A stretch of 64,000 bases of DNA from positions 18,108-82,107 of IMG/VR virus record IMGVR_UViG_3300048672_000430; one strand, 5' to 3'. Shown here piece by piece: positions 34,287-44,538 of this stretch. Made by a program: the position numbers and the translations under genes. This DNA comes from a virus. Under the pieces are notes generated by a model. It was given only the letters and a program-made list of their open reading frames with translations, was not told the DNA's origin and made no database searches. Every line of letters begins with the position of its first letter. Position 1 is the stretch's first letter.

Positions 34287-36443
34287 ATGTCTAATAATGA
34301 TTTAATCTACGGAAAAAATAGAACAGAGAACATAGTATCAATGGAAATTGACGGAGACGTTTTGACTGTTTTTATTGAAAAAGACGGGGTGGTTCGTCAA
34401 GAAAAACATCCTCATAAGTTCTGGATGCTTTCAAATGAAAGATTGGATCTATCTTGGGTTAAAATGCAAGGAGATCAGCACTACAAATATGGTAAACAAT
34501 TTGACAGTTACTTTAAAATGAAAATGGAGAAAGAGAAGTATCAAGGTAAGGACTTCTATAATATTGGTAATTCGATTGAAGCTTGTCAAGTTAAGGATGG
34601 ATTTTCTTATTTTAAAGGTATGCAACCTAATCAAGTTTCTATCCTTGCATTCGATATTGAAACAAACGGATTTGCAATGGACGATAACTCTAGGGTGGTA
34701 TTGATAGCTAATACTCTCCGTAAAAATGGAGAGATTACTAGAAAATTATTCAGCCACGATGAGTATGCTAATGATGGAGAAATGATTGAAGATTGGTGCA
34801 ATTGGGTCATTTCAGTAGACCCTAGTATCATGTGTGGGCATAATATATACTCTTTTGACTTTCCATTTTTAATCCACACCGCAGGATTATATAATAAAAA
34901 ACTACGATTAGGTAGGAACGAAGCACCGATTAGAGTTCAAAGTAATGAGTCTAGTTTCAGAGTTGACGGAAGTAGAGACCTACATTATCACAAAGTACAA
35001 ATATATGGAAGAGAAGTATGTGATACTATGTTCCTATCTTATAAATATGACATTGGTAGAAAATACGAAAGCTATGGTTTGAAGTATATCATAAATAAAG
35101 AAGGCTTAGAAAAAGAAGGTCGAACATTTTACGATGCTCAGAAAATTAAAGATAACTTCAATGATCCCGAAGAAATGATAAAAATTAAGAAGTATGCAGA
35201 AGAAGATGGTGATGATGCTTTAGCTCTATTTGACTTAATGGTTCCACCGTTCTTTTATATGACGCAAATGATACCTAAACCGTTTCAATTAATGATTGAA
35301 TCAGCCAGTGGATCACAACTTAATTCTTTAATGGTTAGAGCTTATTTACAAAATAAACATAGTATTCCTAAAGCTTCAGAAGCAATTCAATTTGAGGGTG
35401 CTATAAGTTTTGGTGAAGCAGGTATTTATCCTAATGCTGTTTCATTAGATATTGCGTCTCTATATCCGTCTATTATGCTTCAATATGATGTTCATGATCC
35501 AATCAAAGATCCAGAAAATAACATGCTAAAACTACTGAATTATTTGAGAGATGAAAGATTAAAAAATAAGAAGTTAGCTAAAGAAACTGGGCTAGATAAA
35601 TACAAACATCTAGACGGATCATTAAAAATACTAATTAACTCATTGTATGGGTTTTTAGGTGCAACTGGATTAAATTATAATTATCCTATGGGTGCAGCAG
35701 AAGTAACTAGAAAGGGAAGAGAAATACTTACCCAAAGTATGACTTGGGCTAAATCAAAAGGATTCACTGTTCCAAAGGGTGACACAGATTCAATCACTAT
35801 TTATAAAGACGGTAAGGAATTTGAAATAGCAGAAATTAACTCTTTAATTGAGGAAGTCAATAGTATCCTGCCTCCTTATATTAACTTTGAATTAGATGCT
35901 ATCTATGACGTTATAGTAGTGTTTAAAGCTAAGAATTACGCATACAGAGAAGGCACTAAGATAAGCTTAAAAGGTAGTAGTATAAAGGGTGGTACGAAAT
36001 CCGCTGCTCTTAAAGAATTTCAAAGAAAGGTAATAGATATATTATTAGAGGGATCTAATGGTGATATTAATGAAAGATTAAAGATTGTGTATAATGAATT
36101 TGTAAAGAGATCTCAACAACTAAAGACTAAAGAAGATATCAAGCAATGGGCAACTAGAAAAACATTATCCTCTACAATGATGGAAAGTAATAGACCAAAT
36201 GAAACTAAAATAATAGAGGCAATAAAAGGTACTAACTACAAGGAAGGAGATAGATTTTTTACCTTCTATAAATCAGATGATTCAGTGTGTCTTGTTGAGA
36301 ATTTTGAGGATGATTATAACAGAGTCCGACTGCTAAAGGCAATACACGATACTATTAATATATTTAGTGATGTGTTAAATGTTAAAGAACATTTCCCTAA
36401 TTATAGTTTAAAAAAGAACTTGAAAATGGTTGATCAACTATAA
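34287..36443 (+). CDS. polB: Family B DNA polymerase
   Basis: Exo AFDIET and GHNIYSFD; pol SLDIASLYPSIM, KILINSLYG, GDTDS. Confidence 0.95.
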   Translation: MSNNDLIYGKNRTENIVSMEIDGDVLTVFIEKDGVVRQEKHPHKFWMLSNERLDLSWVKMQGDQHYKYGKQFDSYFKMKMEKEKYQGKDFYNIGNSIEACQVKDGFSYFKGMQPNQVSILAFDIETNGFAMDDNSRVVLIANTLRKNGEITRKLFSHDEYANDGEMIEDWCNWVISVDPSIMCGHNIYSFDFPFLIHTAGLYNKKLRLGRNEAPIRVQSNESSFRVDGSRDLHYHKVQIYGREVCDTMFLSYKYDIGRKYESYGLKYIINKEGLEKEGRTFYDAQKIKDNFNDPEEMIKIKKYAEEDGDDALALFDLMVPPFFYMTQMIPKPFQLMIESASGSQLNSLMVRAYLQNKHSIPKASEAIQFEGAISFGEAGIYPNAVSLDIASLYPSIMLQYDVHDPIKDPENNMLKLLNYLRDERLKNKKLAKETGLDKYKHLDGSLKILINSLYGFLGATGLNYNYPMGAAEVTRKGREILTQSMTWAKSKGFTVPKGDTDSITIYKDGKEFEIAEINSLIEEVNSILPPYINFELDAIYDVIVVFKAKNYAYREGTKISLKGSSIKGGTKSAALKEFQRKVIDILLEGSNGDINERLKIVYNEFVKRSQQLKTKEDIKQWATRKTLSSTMMESNRPNETKIIEAIKGTNYKEGDRFFTFYKSDDSVCLVENFEDDYNRVRLLKAIHDTINIFSDVLNVKEHFPNYSLKKNLKMVDQL

Positions 36444-36446
36444 AAC

Positions 36447-36475
36447 TTGACAAATAATACGTTATATGTTATATT
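36447..36475 (+). promoter_or_regulatory. Sigma70 promoter TTGACA-17-TATATT
   Basis: Intergenic, near consensus. Confidence 0.68.
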
Positions 36476-36492
36476 ACTAATTAAGAGGTTGT

Positions 36493-36843
36493 ATGACTGC
36501 TCCATATAAAAAACGTGCAAAAGCTGGGTGGAACTCGGATAAAAAACAATCAAATAAAGATGAACGAGTTTTTGAGAAACACGAAATAAGAACAATCAGT
36601 TATGAAGAACTAAATGCAGATGCTGAAATAGAGCATAATGATAAGCTACCTAAAAAGAAAAAGAGAAAACAACCAAAACCAAAAGACATACTAAATAAGA
36701 TAAATTCTACCGAAAAAACTTTAGCATTTTTTAAATCTGGTTCAGTATATAGATCTGAATGGATTAAAGGTGTTATTTCGAGATACGAAAAAGAATTAGA
36801 GGATCTACATAAACAATATAATGAGATGACAAGTAAGACTTGA
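36493..36843 (+). CDS. Basic hypothetical protein
   Basis: GAGGT RBS. Confidence 0.6.
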   Translation: MTAPYKKRAKAGWNSDKKQSNKDERVFEKHEIRTISYEELNADAEIEHNDKLPKKKKRKQPKPKDILNKINSTEKTLAFFKSGSVYRSEWIKGVISRYEKELEDLHKQYNEMTSKT

Positions 36844-36868
36844 CAAATAGCTAGAAATATGTTACATT
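36840..36868 (+). promoter_or_regulatory. Sigma70 promoter TTGACA-17-TACATT
   Basis: Overlaps the upstream stop codon. Confidence 0.6.
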
Positions 36869-37073
36869 AAAATTAAGGAGACAAACATGACAAGATTAGA
36901 AGCTAACAAACAAATTTTAGAAAGAATTAACGGTGTAGTAGAGACATACCCAGAACTTAGATTTGAGCAGATAATGGTAGGTTTAGGACTAGAATGGATG
37001 AGTTTCTGTGAGGAATCAACAGATACTTTAGAAATTATTAATGACCATTTAGGTAAAATGAAGGAAGTTAAAA

Positions 37074-37523
37074 ATGCTTAGTATAAAGAATATTAATAAA
37101 GAAGTTGTGATGGTTGCCTTAGTTATTGCTGGTCTAGCATTTGGTGCTGGATATTATGCAACACCATCTAAGGTTAAAACAGAGATAAAAGAAGTAGTTA
37201 AAACCGTAAAGGAAGAAGCTAAATCTAAGGTTGTGTATAAAGAAAGAATCGTCTATAAAGACGGCACAACCGTTGAACGTGAATCGGAATCGGAACAATC
37301 AAATACTAAAGAAAGTAATGAATCAACAAAAACAGCTAATTCTGAGACAACAAAAGATACTGGATTAGTTTTAAGTGCATTAGCTATTGTTGATAGTTCT
37401 GATATTCAGGGACATAGAGATTATGGCTTACATGTTACAAAGAGAGTTTTTAGTAATATTAATGTTGGGGTAATCGCAACTACTGATAAAAAGGTTGGGG
37501 TATCCGTTGGGTTGAGCTTTTAA
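37074..37523 (+). CDS. Membrane-anchored protein with beta-rich C-terminus
   Basis: N-terminal TM; ends VGVSVGLSF. Confidence 0.55.
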   Translation: MLSIKNINKEVVMVALVIAGLAFGAGYYATPSKVKTEIKEVVKTVKEEAKSKVVYKERIVYKDGTTVERESESEQSNTKESNESTKTANSETTKDTGLVLSALAIVDSSDIQGHRDYGLHVTKRVFSNINVGVIATTDKKVGVSVGLSF

Positions 37524-38314
37524 TGAATGTATTAAGTTTATTCGATGGTATTTCTTGTGGACAAATTGCTCTTGAGAAAGCAGGACTTAAAGTAGATAAA
37601 TACTTTGCGAGTGAGCTTGATAAGTACGCTATCGCTGTAACACAAAATAACTATCCAAATACTATACAACTTGGTGATGTTTGTAAAATTAAAGTAGAAG
37701 ATCTCCCTAGTATAGATTTGTTAATTGGGGGATCTCCCTGTCAAGGGTTTTCATTTGCTGGTAAACAGTTAAATTTTAATGACCCTAGGTCTGTTTTATT
37801 TTTTGAATACGCAAGAATACTGAAAGAAGCTAAACCTAAATATTTTTTACTTGAAAATGTTAAAATGAAGAAAGAATTTCAAGATATAATTAGTAAAGAA
37901 TTGGGTGTTGAGCCTATTGAAATTAATAGTAAGTTGGTTTCTGGTCAATTAAGATCAAGATTATATTGGACAAATATTCCTAATATAACTCAACCGGAAG
38001 ATAAGAATATTCAATTTCAAGATATATTAGAAAAGGATGAAGCTAGGATTCCAAAAGCTTATACGTTAACTGCTAGCTATTTTAAAAAAGGAGCAGAAGC
38101 TACTAGACAAAGAGGATTTAATAAATCACAAAGACCTATAGCTTGGATTAATGATAATGAAACTAGATGGTTAACTCCATTAGAATGTGAAAGATTACAG
38201 ACTATTCCAGAAAATTACACAAATAATGTATCCAATTCACAACGTTATAAGATGTTAGGTAATGGCTGGACGGTTGATATTATTGTTCATATATTTAAAA
38301 ACTTGACATTTTAA
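37523..38314 (+). CDS. C5-cytosine DNA methyltransferase
   Basis: LSLFDG, GGSPCQ, ENV, QLRSRLYW, LGNG. Confidence 0.92.
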   Translation: MNVLSLFDGISCGQIALEKAGLKVDKYFASELDKYAIAVTQNNYPNTIQLGDVCKIKVEDLPSIDLLIGGSPCQGFSFAGKQLNFNDPRSVLFFEYARILKEAKPKYFLLENVKMKKEFQDIISKELGVEPIEINSKLVSGQLRSRLYWTNIPNITQPEDKNIQFQDILEKDEARIPKAYTLTASYFKKGAEATRQRGFNKSQRPIAWINDNETRWLTPLECERLQTIPENYTNNVSNSQRYKMLGNGWTVDIIVHIFKNLTF

Positions 38315-38331
38315 TAGTTTTGTGTTACACT
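38303..38331 (+). promoter_or_regulatory. Sigma70 promoter TTGACA-17-TACACT
   Basis: Overlaps the end of the methyltransferase gene. Confidence 0.55.
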
Positions 38332-38348
38332 AACTTTTAGAGGGCTTA

Positions 38349-38621
38349 ATGGAAAATGTAATAGAACTTAATGACATGCGTAGAATTAAAAATATGGAAA
38401 AGACAGTTAAATTATTTGAAAAGCAGTTAGCCGATATTAAAAAAGCACATGGAATATTAGTTCCTCATGTTGATTTTAGATTTTTCAGTATTACATGTTA
38501 TGCGTTAAGAGAAGAGCAAAAGAGCCTAGCTGCTGAATTATTGAGATTAAAGTTACGTTTGGATAAAGCAAAAAATCCATCTAAATATGAACAACTATTA
38601 ATAGAACAAAAACCTGAATAG
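38349..38621 (+). CDS. Coiled-coil hypothetical protein
   Basis: ORF after promoter. Confidence 0.55.
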   Translation: MENVIELNDMRRIKNMEKTVKLFEKQLADIKKAHGILVPHVDFRFFSITCYALREEQKSLAAELLRLKLRLDKAKNPSKYEQLLIEQKPE

Positions 38622-38630
38622 GATAATTAA

Positions 38631-39566
38631 ATGAAACATTGGACTGAAGAAGAATTAGAAACATTAGTATTTATGAAGAATTGTGGTTTAACATGGTCTG
38701 AGATTAACCCAGAATTTCCAGGTGAAACACAAAATTCTCTAAGAAAAACATACTACAGACATATTAGAAAAGAACCAGTGAATAATGTAGGCCCAAAGGT
38801 ACTTCTGTTAGATATTGAAACTCTCCCTATGGAAGCATATGTTTGGGGATTGTTTGACCAAAATATAGGGCTAGAAATGGTTAAAACCGATTGGTCAATA
38901 CTTAGTTTCTCTGCTAAATGGTTAGGAGCACCAGAAAACGAAGTGATGTACTATGATACTAGAGATGAAGAGAATGTTAGAGATGATTCTAACCTAGTTA
39001 AGATTATACATGGATTATTAGATGAATGTGACGTAACAATCACCCAGAATGGGATTAGATTTGATATACCAAAATTAAATGCTCGTTTTATTAAACACGG
39101 TTTAACTCCACCATCTAGCTATAGAAATATAGACACAATGAGAATAGCTAAATCTAAGTTCGGATTTACTAGTAATAAGTTAGCATATATGACCGAATTA
39201 TTGTGCACAAAATACAAAAAACTAGATCACTCTGAATTTTCAGGATTTAAATTATGGTCTGAATGTATGAAGGGTAATTTGGCAGCGTTTGAATCAATGA
39301 AGAAATACAATATGTACGATGTTTTAAGCTTAGAAGAATTGTACTTAATTATGGCTCCTTGGGATAAAACTATTAATTTCTCAGTATTTAATGATGAGGA
39401 TCTTAGTCATCGTTGTTCGTGCGGGAATGATCAGTTTGAGGAGAGTGGGTTTGTATACACAAATACTGCAAAATTCCAAAGACATAAGTGTACGGTGTGT
39501 GGTAAAGAACATAGAGATTCTACAAATTTATTAAGTAAAGAAAAACGTAAAAGCATTAAGAGGTAA
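38631..39566 (+). CDS. DnaQ / RNase H-like 3'-5' exonuclease with N-terminal HTH and C-terminal Zn ribbon
   Basis: LLDIET, QNGIRFD, IDT, YNMYDV; CSCG...CTVCG. Confidence 0.85.
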   Translation: MKHWTEEELETLVFMKNCGLTWSEINPEFPGETQNSLRKTYYRHIRKEPVNNVGPKVLLLDIETLPMEAYVWGLFDQNIGLEMVKTDWSILSFSAKWLGAPENEVMYYDTRDEENVRDDSNLVKIIHGLLDECDVTITQNGIRFDIPKLNARFIKHGLTPPSSYRNIDTMRIAKSKFGFTSNKLAYMTELLCTKYKKLDHSEFSGFKLWSECMKGNLAAFESMKKYNMYDVLSLEELYLIMAPWDKTINFSVFNDEDLSHRCSCGNDQFEESGFVYTNTAKFQRHKCTVCGKEHRDSTNLLSKEKRKSIKR

Positions 39567-39568
39567 AA

Positions 39569-39913
39569 GTGAAGGCAATATCACAGATTACTTTAAATAT
39601 CAAAGGTCGAGACTGGACTTTTAAATTGTTGACAGATAAACAGTTTAATAAACTTCATAATAAAGAAGATGAAGGTAATACAGCAATGACCATACAATCG
39701 GACTATGAAGTTCATTTTCGTAAATCTGATTGGTCTATAGCAACGATTAGACACGAGCTAGGACACACATTACACATGTCTTCTCTAGTAGGATCTTCTG
39801 ATCTAACAGTCAGTGATACCGTAGAGTTGATGTGTGAAATAATTGGCGAGCATACGGATGAAATAGTGTTATGGTCGGTAAGAATTGCTGAGAAATTCAT
39901 TAATCATTCGTAA
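39569..39913 (+). CDS. Small HExxH zincin-like protein
   Basis: TIRHELGH...E. Confidence 0.6.
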   Translation: MKAISQITLNIKGRDWTFKLLTDKQFNKLHNKEDEGNTAMTIQSDYEVHFRKSDWSIATIRHELGHTLHMSSLVGSSDLTVSDTVELMCEIIGEHTDEIVLWSVRIAEKFINHS

Positions 39914-39921
39914 GGAATAAC

Positions 39922-40590
39922 ATGGAAAGGGAAGAATCAATGATAGTTTGTTTGGCTGGTGTAAAAAGAAGTGGTAAAGACAGTGTAGCAAATATACTCA
40001 AAACGGAAGGGTTTGAACAAATAAGTTTAGCTGATCCTTTGAGAGAAATATGCTCTAAAGTATTTGATATTCCAATGAATGTTTTTACTGCTGACGAATT
40101 AAAGGAAAAACCTTTTGACCGTCCTGTTTTTTTAACAGCGGACGATATAGCTCATTTTCAAGCTATTGTTGAGAATGAATGGGGATTTAATATTGATAAA
40201 ACTGCATACAATGGAATGATTGAACATTTAGATGTTGGATTTGAAACACCAAGACAAATGCTGCAATATATTGGAACTGAATTTCTAAGAAACAATGTAG
40301 ACGATAATATGTTTTTAAAGATAGCAGATAAGAGAATTGAACATTCACCAAAAGATGTTGTTATTTCCGATTGTAGATTTAAGAATGAACGTGAATGGTT
40401 TCGTAAAAAGAACGCTATAATATGTTTAGTAAAAAGACCGTCTTTAGCACAAAATACAGACACCCATGTATCTGAGAATGATTTAGGTGATGAAAAGGAC
40501 TATCAAGTAATTATTACTAATGATAGAGACTTAAATGCTTTACATCTTAATATCAGTACATGGATTAACATGACAAATAGGAGAAGATAA
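39922..40590 (+). CDS. Deoxynucleoside monophosphate kinase
   Basis: GVKRSGKD, LADPLRE, PRQMLQYIGTE, SDCRFKNE, HVSE. Confidence 0.88.
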   Translation: MEREESMIVCLAGVKRSGKDSVANILKTEGFEQISLADPLREICSKVFDIPMNVFTADELKEKPFDRPVFLTADDIAHFQAIVENEWGFNIDKTAYNGMIEHLDVGFETPRQMLQYIGTEFLRNNVDDNMFLKIADKRIEHSPKDVVISDCRFKNEREWFRKKNAIICLVKRPSLAQNTDTHVSENDLGDEKDYQVIITNDRDLNALHLNISTWINMTNRRR

Positions 40591-41030
40591 TGGCTAATTT
40601 TCAATTAAGAGTACGTATCCAAAAAGAAAATGGTGTTGAAACCCCTAAATATGCACATAAAGGTGATGCCGGATTTGATTTAAAAGCAAACGAATCGGTT
40701 ACTTTAGTGCCTGGAGAAACAAAGCTAATTGATACTGGATTGAAATTTCAAATACCAGAAGGTTATGAAATACAAATTAGACCTAGAAGTGGTATGTCAG
40801 CTAAAAGTAAATTTAGAGTGGCAAACTCTCCTGGAACAATTGACAGCAACTATACTGGACTTGTGAAGATTATTGCCGAAAATACCGGACATAGACCAAT
40901 TTTTATTGAAAAAGGTGACAGAATTGCTCAGGCTGTTCTTTGTCCTGTATATGAAGCAGTATTTATTGAAGAAGAATTTGAATCTACTAATAGAGGAACC
41001 AATGGATTTGGGAGTTCTGGGGTTAAATAA
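40590..41030 (+). CDS. dut: dUTPase (trimeric)
   Basis: AGFDL, RPRSG, GTIDSNYTG, RIAQ, RGTNGFGSSG. Confidence 0.95.
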   Translation: MANFQLRVRIQKENGVETPKYAHKGDAGFDLKANESVTLVPGETKLIDTGLKFQIPEGYEIQIRPRSGMSAKSKFRVANSPGTIDSNYTGLVKIIAENTGHRPIFIEKGDRIAQAVLCPVYEAVFIEEEFESTNRGTNGFGSSGVK

Positions 41031-41133
41031 TGCTTTTAATTAAACTATTTTTTATACTAGTTACGATGGGGTTTCTAGGTGGAATTGTAATTAATCTCAT
41101 TATTATGTTGTATAAAAAACTAAAGGGGTAACC

Positions 41134-41547
41134 TTGGGAAAATCTAAACATCGAGAATATAATAAAGAAGCTAAGGATGGAGAAACTTCTAAATTAAAAA
41201 GAAGAATCGCACATCTTGAAAAAGAGAATAAGCTACTTAAAAGTCAACTAAGAACATATGAAGCTGCCTTTCATAAAAATATACGTTTTTTAAAGGGTAA
41301 AACAGACGATTTAAGCTTAGAGGAATTAATTAAGGGTGCTCAAGAGGAGCTAACGGTTAATGAAATTAAAGCCGATAAACAGTACAAATTTGAGGATTTA
41401 AAAGCTAAGTGGCAATGTTTTAAATGTAATGAGGGAGTACTTAGGTTGATAATAATACCAGGTAATAGATATTTTAGAAAATGTAGCATGTGCGAGCATA
41501 GAACCGGTGCACAAGAATATACTGAAAATGTAGAAGGAATAAGGTAA
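41134..41547 (+). CDS. Coiled-coil plus Zn-ribbon protein
   Basis: CFKC and CSMC. Confidence 0.55.
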   Translation: MGKSKHREYNKEAKDGETSKLKRRIAHLEKENKLLKSQLRTYEAAFHKNIRFLKGKTDDLSLEELIKGAQEELTVNEIKADKQYKFEDLKAKWQCFKCNEGVLRLIIIPGNRYFRKCSMCEHRTGAQEYTENVEGIR

Positions 41548-41734
41548 TGCAATTTATAGTGGAAAAACCAATGGTTATCATGCAGAAATGTGAAAACTGT
41601 AACTGTCATTTTTTTAGCATGGTTTCTGAACAAAAATGCGTGGATTGTTGTGTAAAAGGAACAGAAGAGGATACTAATGAATAATTTTATCACAATAAGT
41701 AAGTTTGATAACCTTTCTTGAAGGATAAAAAATT

Positions 41735-42376
41735 ATGAAGATTTGCACAAAATGTAAAGAAACTAAGGATTTAGATGGATTTCCAAAAGATTCAAGAACT
41801 AAAGATGGTTACCATTCAAGTTGTAAAACATGTATTAAACTTAGGGATTTAAAGTATAGGCAATCTAATAGGTTAGAAATAAGCGAAAGAAGGAAAATGT
41901 TGAGAAAATTAAAAGGTGAGTCGTTCTTAAAAAAAATAAGAGAGTATAGAGAAAATAATAAGGATAGGATAAATGCACTTCAAAATAAATTATATAAAGA
42001 AAAAATGGAAAATGATCTTGAGTATAGGAAAAAAAGAAAGGAAACAGGAAGACAATATTTCTTAAAAAATAAAGATGTGATTAATAAATGGCGACAAGAA
42101 TTTTGTAAAACACCAGAAGGTACTAGGAACTTTGATAAAGCAAAAAGAAAGGCTCAAAAATTACATGCAACACCAAAATGGCTAAGTAAAGAGCATTTAA
42201 AAGAAATTAGAAATATATACAAAGAAGCTAAAAGGTTAACAAATGAAAAAAATATTGAACATCAAGTCGATCATATAATCCCGTTAGTTAATAAGAATGT
42301 TTGTGGTTTGCATGTTCCTTGGAATTTACAGATATTAACAAGAAATGAGAATGCAAGTAAAGGAAATAAATTATGA
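41735..42376 (+). CDS. HNH homing endonuclease
   Basis: CTKC/CKTC; VDHIIPL...VCGLHVPWNLQIL...N..K.N. Confidence 0.85.
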   Translation: MKICTKCKETKDLDGFPKDSRTKDGYHSSCKTCIKLRDLKYRQSNRLEISERRKMLRKLKGESFLKKIREYRENNKDRINALQNKLYKEKMENDLEYRKKRKETGRQYFLKNKDVINKWRQEFCKTPEGTRNFDKAKRKAQKLHATPKWLSKEHLKEIRNIYKEAKRLTNEKNIEHQVDHIIPLVNKNVCGLHVPWNLQILTRNENASKGNKL

Positions 42377-42759
42377 GTAAAAAGGTTAAAAAGGGCCCAT
42401 CAAAAACAACCTTTGCTAAGGGTGCATTGAGAAGAGCTAGTTTAGCTTGGAGGCCAATATCAGAAGCTAGAAGATTAGCACGTAAAGAACGTGGTCGTTA
42501 TGAATGTGCAATGTGTAAGGAATTATTCAGTGCTAAAGAAGTACAGGTTGACCATAGAAATCCAGTTATTGATATTAAAGAAGGGTGGCAAGGTTGGGAT
42601 TCATATATAGAACGATTATTCTGTGATGTAGACCAGTTAGATGTACTATGTACAACTTGTCATGATGTGAAAAGTAGTCACGAGGTTCAGATGCGTAAAT
42701 ATTTCCGTGCAAAGAAAAAAGAACAGAATCTAGATGTAGAGGATGAAGATAATGAGTAA
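42373..42759 (+). CDS. HNH endonuclease
   Basis: CAMC, VQVDHRNP, LCTTCHDVKS. Confidence 0.8.
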   Translation: MSKKVKKGPSKTTFAKGALRRASLAWRPISEARRLARKERGRYECAMCKELFSAKEVQVDHRNPVIDIKEGWQGWDSYIERLFCDVDQLDVLCTTCHDVKSSHEVQMRKYFRAKKKEQNLDVEDEDNE

Positions 42760-43438
42760 ACTACCTCACCATCTTACTGATGAAGAACTATTAGCATCAT
42801 TAGAGAATGCAGAATCGATTAGTACCGACATTGAATGGACTAATGATATACCTCAGTTTTTATCACATTTTAAAATAAATCAAGGTGAATATGCGATTAA
42901 ACGAAAGTTGTTATATCAACTATATCTAACGTATTCAAATGCACCATTAAGTATGTATTCATTTACAACCGAGATAACTCAGTTTTTAACTACCGCTGGA
43001 GAACAATACTATAAGTCTGATATAAAACCAGAAGAAGTATTAAAAATAATAAAAAAAGATAAGGATAAGCATAGTAATAAAGTAGGTACAAATTTAGGTA
43101 TTCGTAAAAGGTTTGAGTCATTTGTTGAGAAGATTGAACTAAAAAAAGGTAAGGACTTGATACCAGCTTATTACATATACGAAATCTATAGATGTTGGGC
43201 GATAGATAATAATATTAAAGCACGTATATCACACCGTAATTTTGTAACACTATGCTCGCTTTATTTTGAGAAACAACTAAGATATCATACAGAAGGAGCA
43301 ATTTTCATTAAAATAGACAAAGAAATACTTTATCGTAAAGGTCATAAAACAATTATGTACCATTTAAAGCAAAGAATAAAAAAACAAAAGGAGTTATCTA
43401 AATGTCAAAGAAGAAAAAAACCAGTAGGCAGAGTTTGA
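42743..43438 (+). CDS. Probable DNA-binding protein with two winged-helix-like repeats
   Basis: LYQLYLTY...F and IYEIYRCW...SHRNF resemble D5/primase C-terminal wHTH. Confidence 0.45.
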   Translation: MKIMSKLPHHLTDEELLASLENAESISTDIEWTNDIPQFLSHFKINQGEYAIKRKLLYQLYLTYSNAPLSMYSFTTEITQFLTTAGEQYYKSDIKPEEVLKIIKKDKDKHSNKVGTNLGIRKRFESFVEKIELKKGKDLIPAYYIYEIYRCWAIDNNIKARISHRNFVTLCSLYFEKQLRYHTEGAIFIKIDKEILYRKGHKTIMYHLKQRIKKQKELSKCQRRKKPVGRV

Positions 43439-43767
43439 AGTACCCGGCATTGAGTCCTCAACATAATCTACTAACTAGATTTGAAGAGATAGAGGATATA
43501 GCGAGTTACGCTAATACTTTAAATGAAGCAGATAAACAATGGTTAAATAGTTATTCTGAAGAAGAAATATGTGCTAATTTTGATCATAAAGGCCCTAAGT
43601 TAAATGATTCTAGTGATCCAGAGGTTAGAAGTAGAATATACGGAAAAAACAATGCTCGTAATAGATGTGTATTTTCTCGTGAGAAAGCACAGAATTGTAT
43701 GAATTATCTAGAAGACATGGATATCGACAGGGAATATGATGCCGAAAAAGAAGATGATTTTGAATAA
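43402..43767 (+). CDS. Hypothetical protein, last gene of the middle operon
   Basis: AAGGAG RBS. Confidence 0.6.
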   Translation: MSKKKKTSRQSLKYPALSPQHNLLTRFEEIEDIASYANTLNEADKQWLNSYSEEEICANFDHKGPKLNDSSDPEVRSRIYGKNNARNRCVFSREKAQNCMNYLEDMDIDREYDAEKEDDFE

Positions 43768-43797
43768 GAAAAGGGCTCGAAAGAGTCCTTATTTGTT
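43765..43797. terminator. Likely bidirectional intrinsic terminator
   Basis: AAGGGCTC-GAAA-GAGTCCTT with A-rich left flank and T-rich right flank. Confidence 0.7.
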
Positions 43798-43812
43798 GTA
43801 AATGTTTGTTTT

Positions 43813-43824
43813 TTAACAACTGTA
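43813..43824 (+). promoter_or_regulatory. Late promoter motif variant TTAACAACTGTA
   Basis: Ends 3 nt before the ATG of the GIY-YIG gene. Confidence 0.55.
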
Positions 43825-43827
43825 TAT

Positions 43828-44538
43828 ATGAACATCAAAACTGGTATTTATAAAATCCTAAACAAAATATCAAATAACTTTTATATTGGTTCATCTAGTT
43901 CTAATTTGTCTGGAAGATGGTCAACACATAAGTATTACCTTAAAAAAGGTAAACATCATTCACAACCTTTACAGAGAGCATATAATAAATACGGTTTAGA
44001 TGTTCTTGAATTTATAATAATTGAAGAATGTGAACCTGAAAAGTGTATAGAAAGAGAACAATATTATATAGATTTGTATGATCCTGAATATAATTGTTGT
44101 AAAATAGCTGGCTCGACTAGAGGATTAAAGACCACTGAGAACCAGAAGGAAATAGCTAGAAGAGTCCATAAAAATAACACATATGTTAAGGGTAGGAAAA
44201 TGACAAAGGAAGAAGTTATTAGACGACAAAATTCTAGGCGATTAAGTGGTAAAAATAAGCCGATGTTAGGAAAGACTCATTCAGAAGAAACAAAAAGGAA
44301 AATGTCAGAAAAAAGAAAGGGTGTTAAAAAACCACACGTTGCAGAAAGAGTTAGGGTTGAAGTTTACTGTGAAAATAATGGTAAATCTTATAAATCAATA
44401 AATGATGCAATAGTAGATATACTAGAAACATACGGTAAAATATTACATAATCCCAATGTTTCGAACGTTGTAAATGGTAAAGCAAAACATACTAAAGGAT
44501 TTAGATTTAAAAGACTAGAAAAAGGAACTGTAGTTTAA
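43828..44538 (+). CDS. GIY-YIG homing endonuclease with NUMOD3 and NUMOD1-like domains
   Basis: GIYKI...FYIGSS...RW..H, EREQYYI, YN, GKTHSEETKRKMSE. Confidence 0.92.
   Translation: MNIKTGIYKILNKISNNFYIGSSSSNLSGRWSTHKYYLKKGKHHSQPLQRAYNKYGLDVLEFIIIEECEPEKCIEREQYYIDLYDPEYNCCKIAGSTRGLKTTENQKEIARRVHKNNTYVKGRKMTKEEVIRRQNSRRLSGKNKPMLGKTHSEETKRKMSEKRKGVKKPHVAERVRVEVYCENNGKSYKSINDAIVDILETYGKILHNPNVSNVVNGKAKHTKGFRFKRLEKGTVV

Noticed and set aside
18279-36443. Introns or inteins in nrdJ, the helicase or polB
   Set aside because: Continuous ORFs of normal length; no intein motifs seen.
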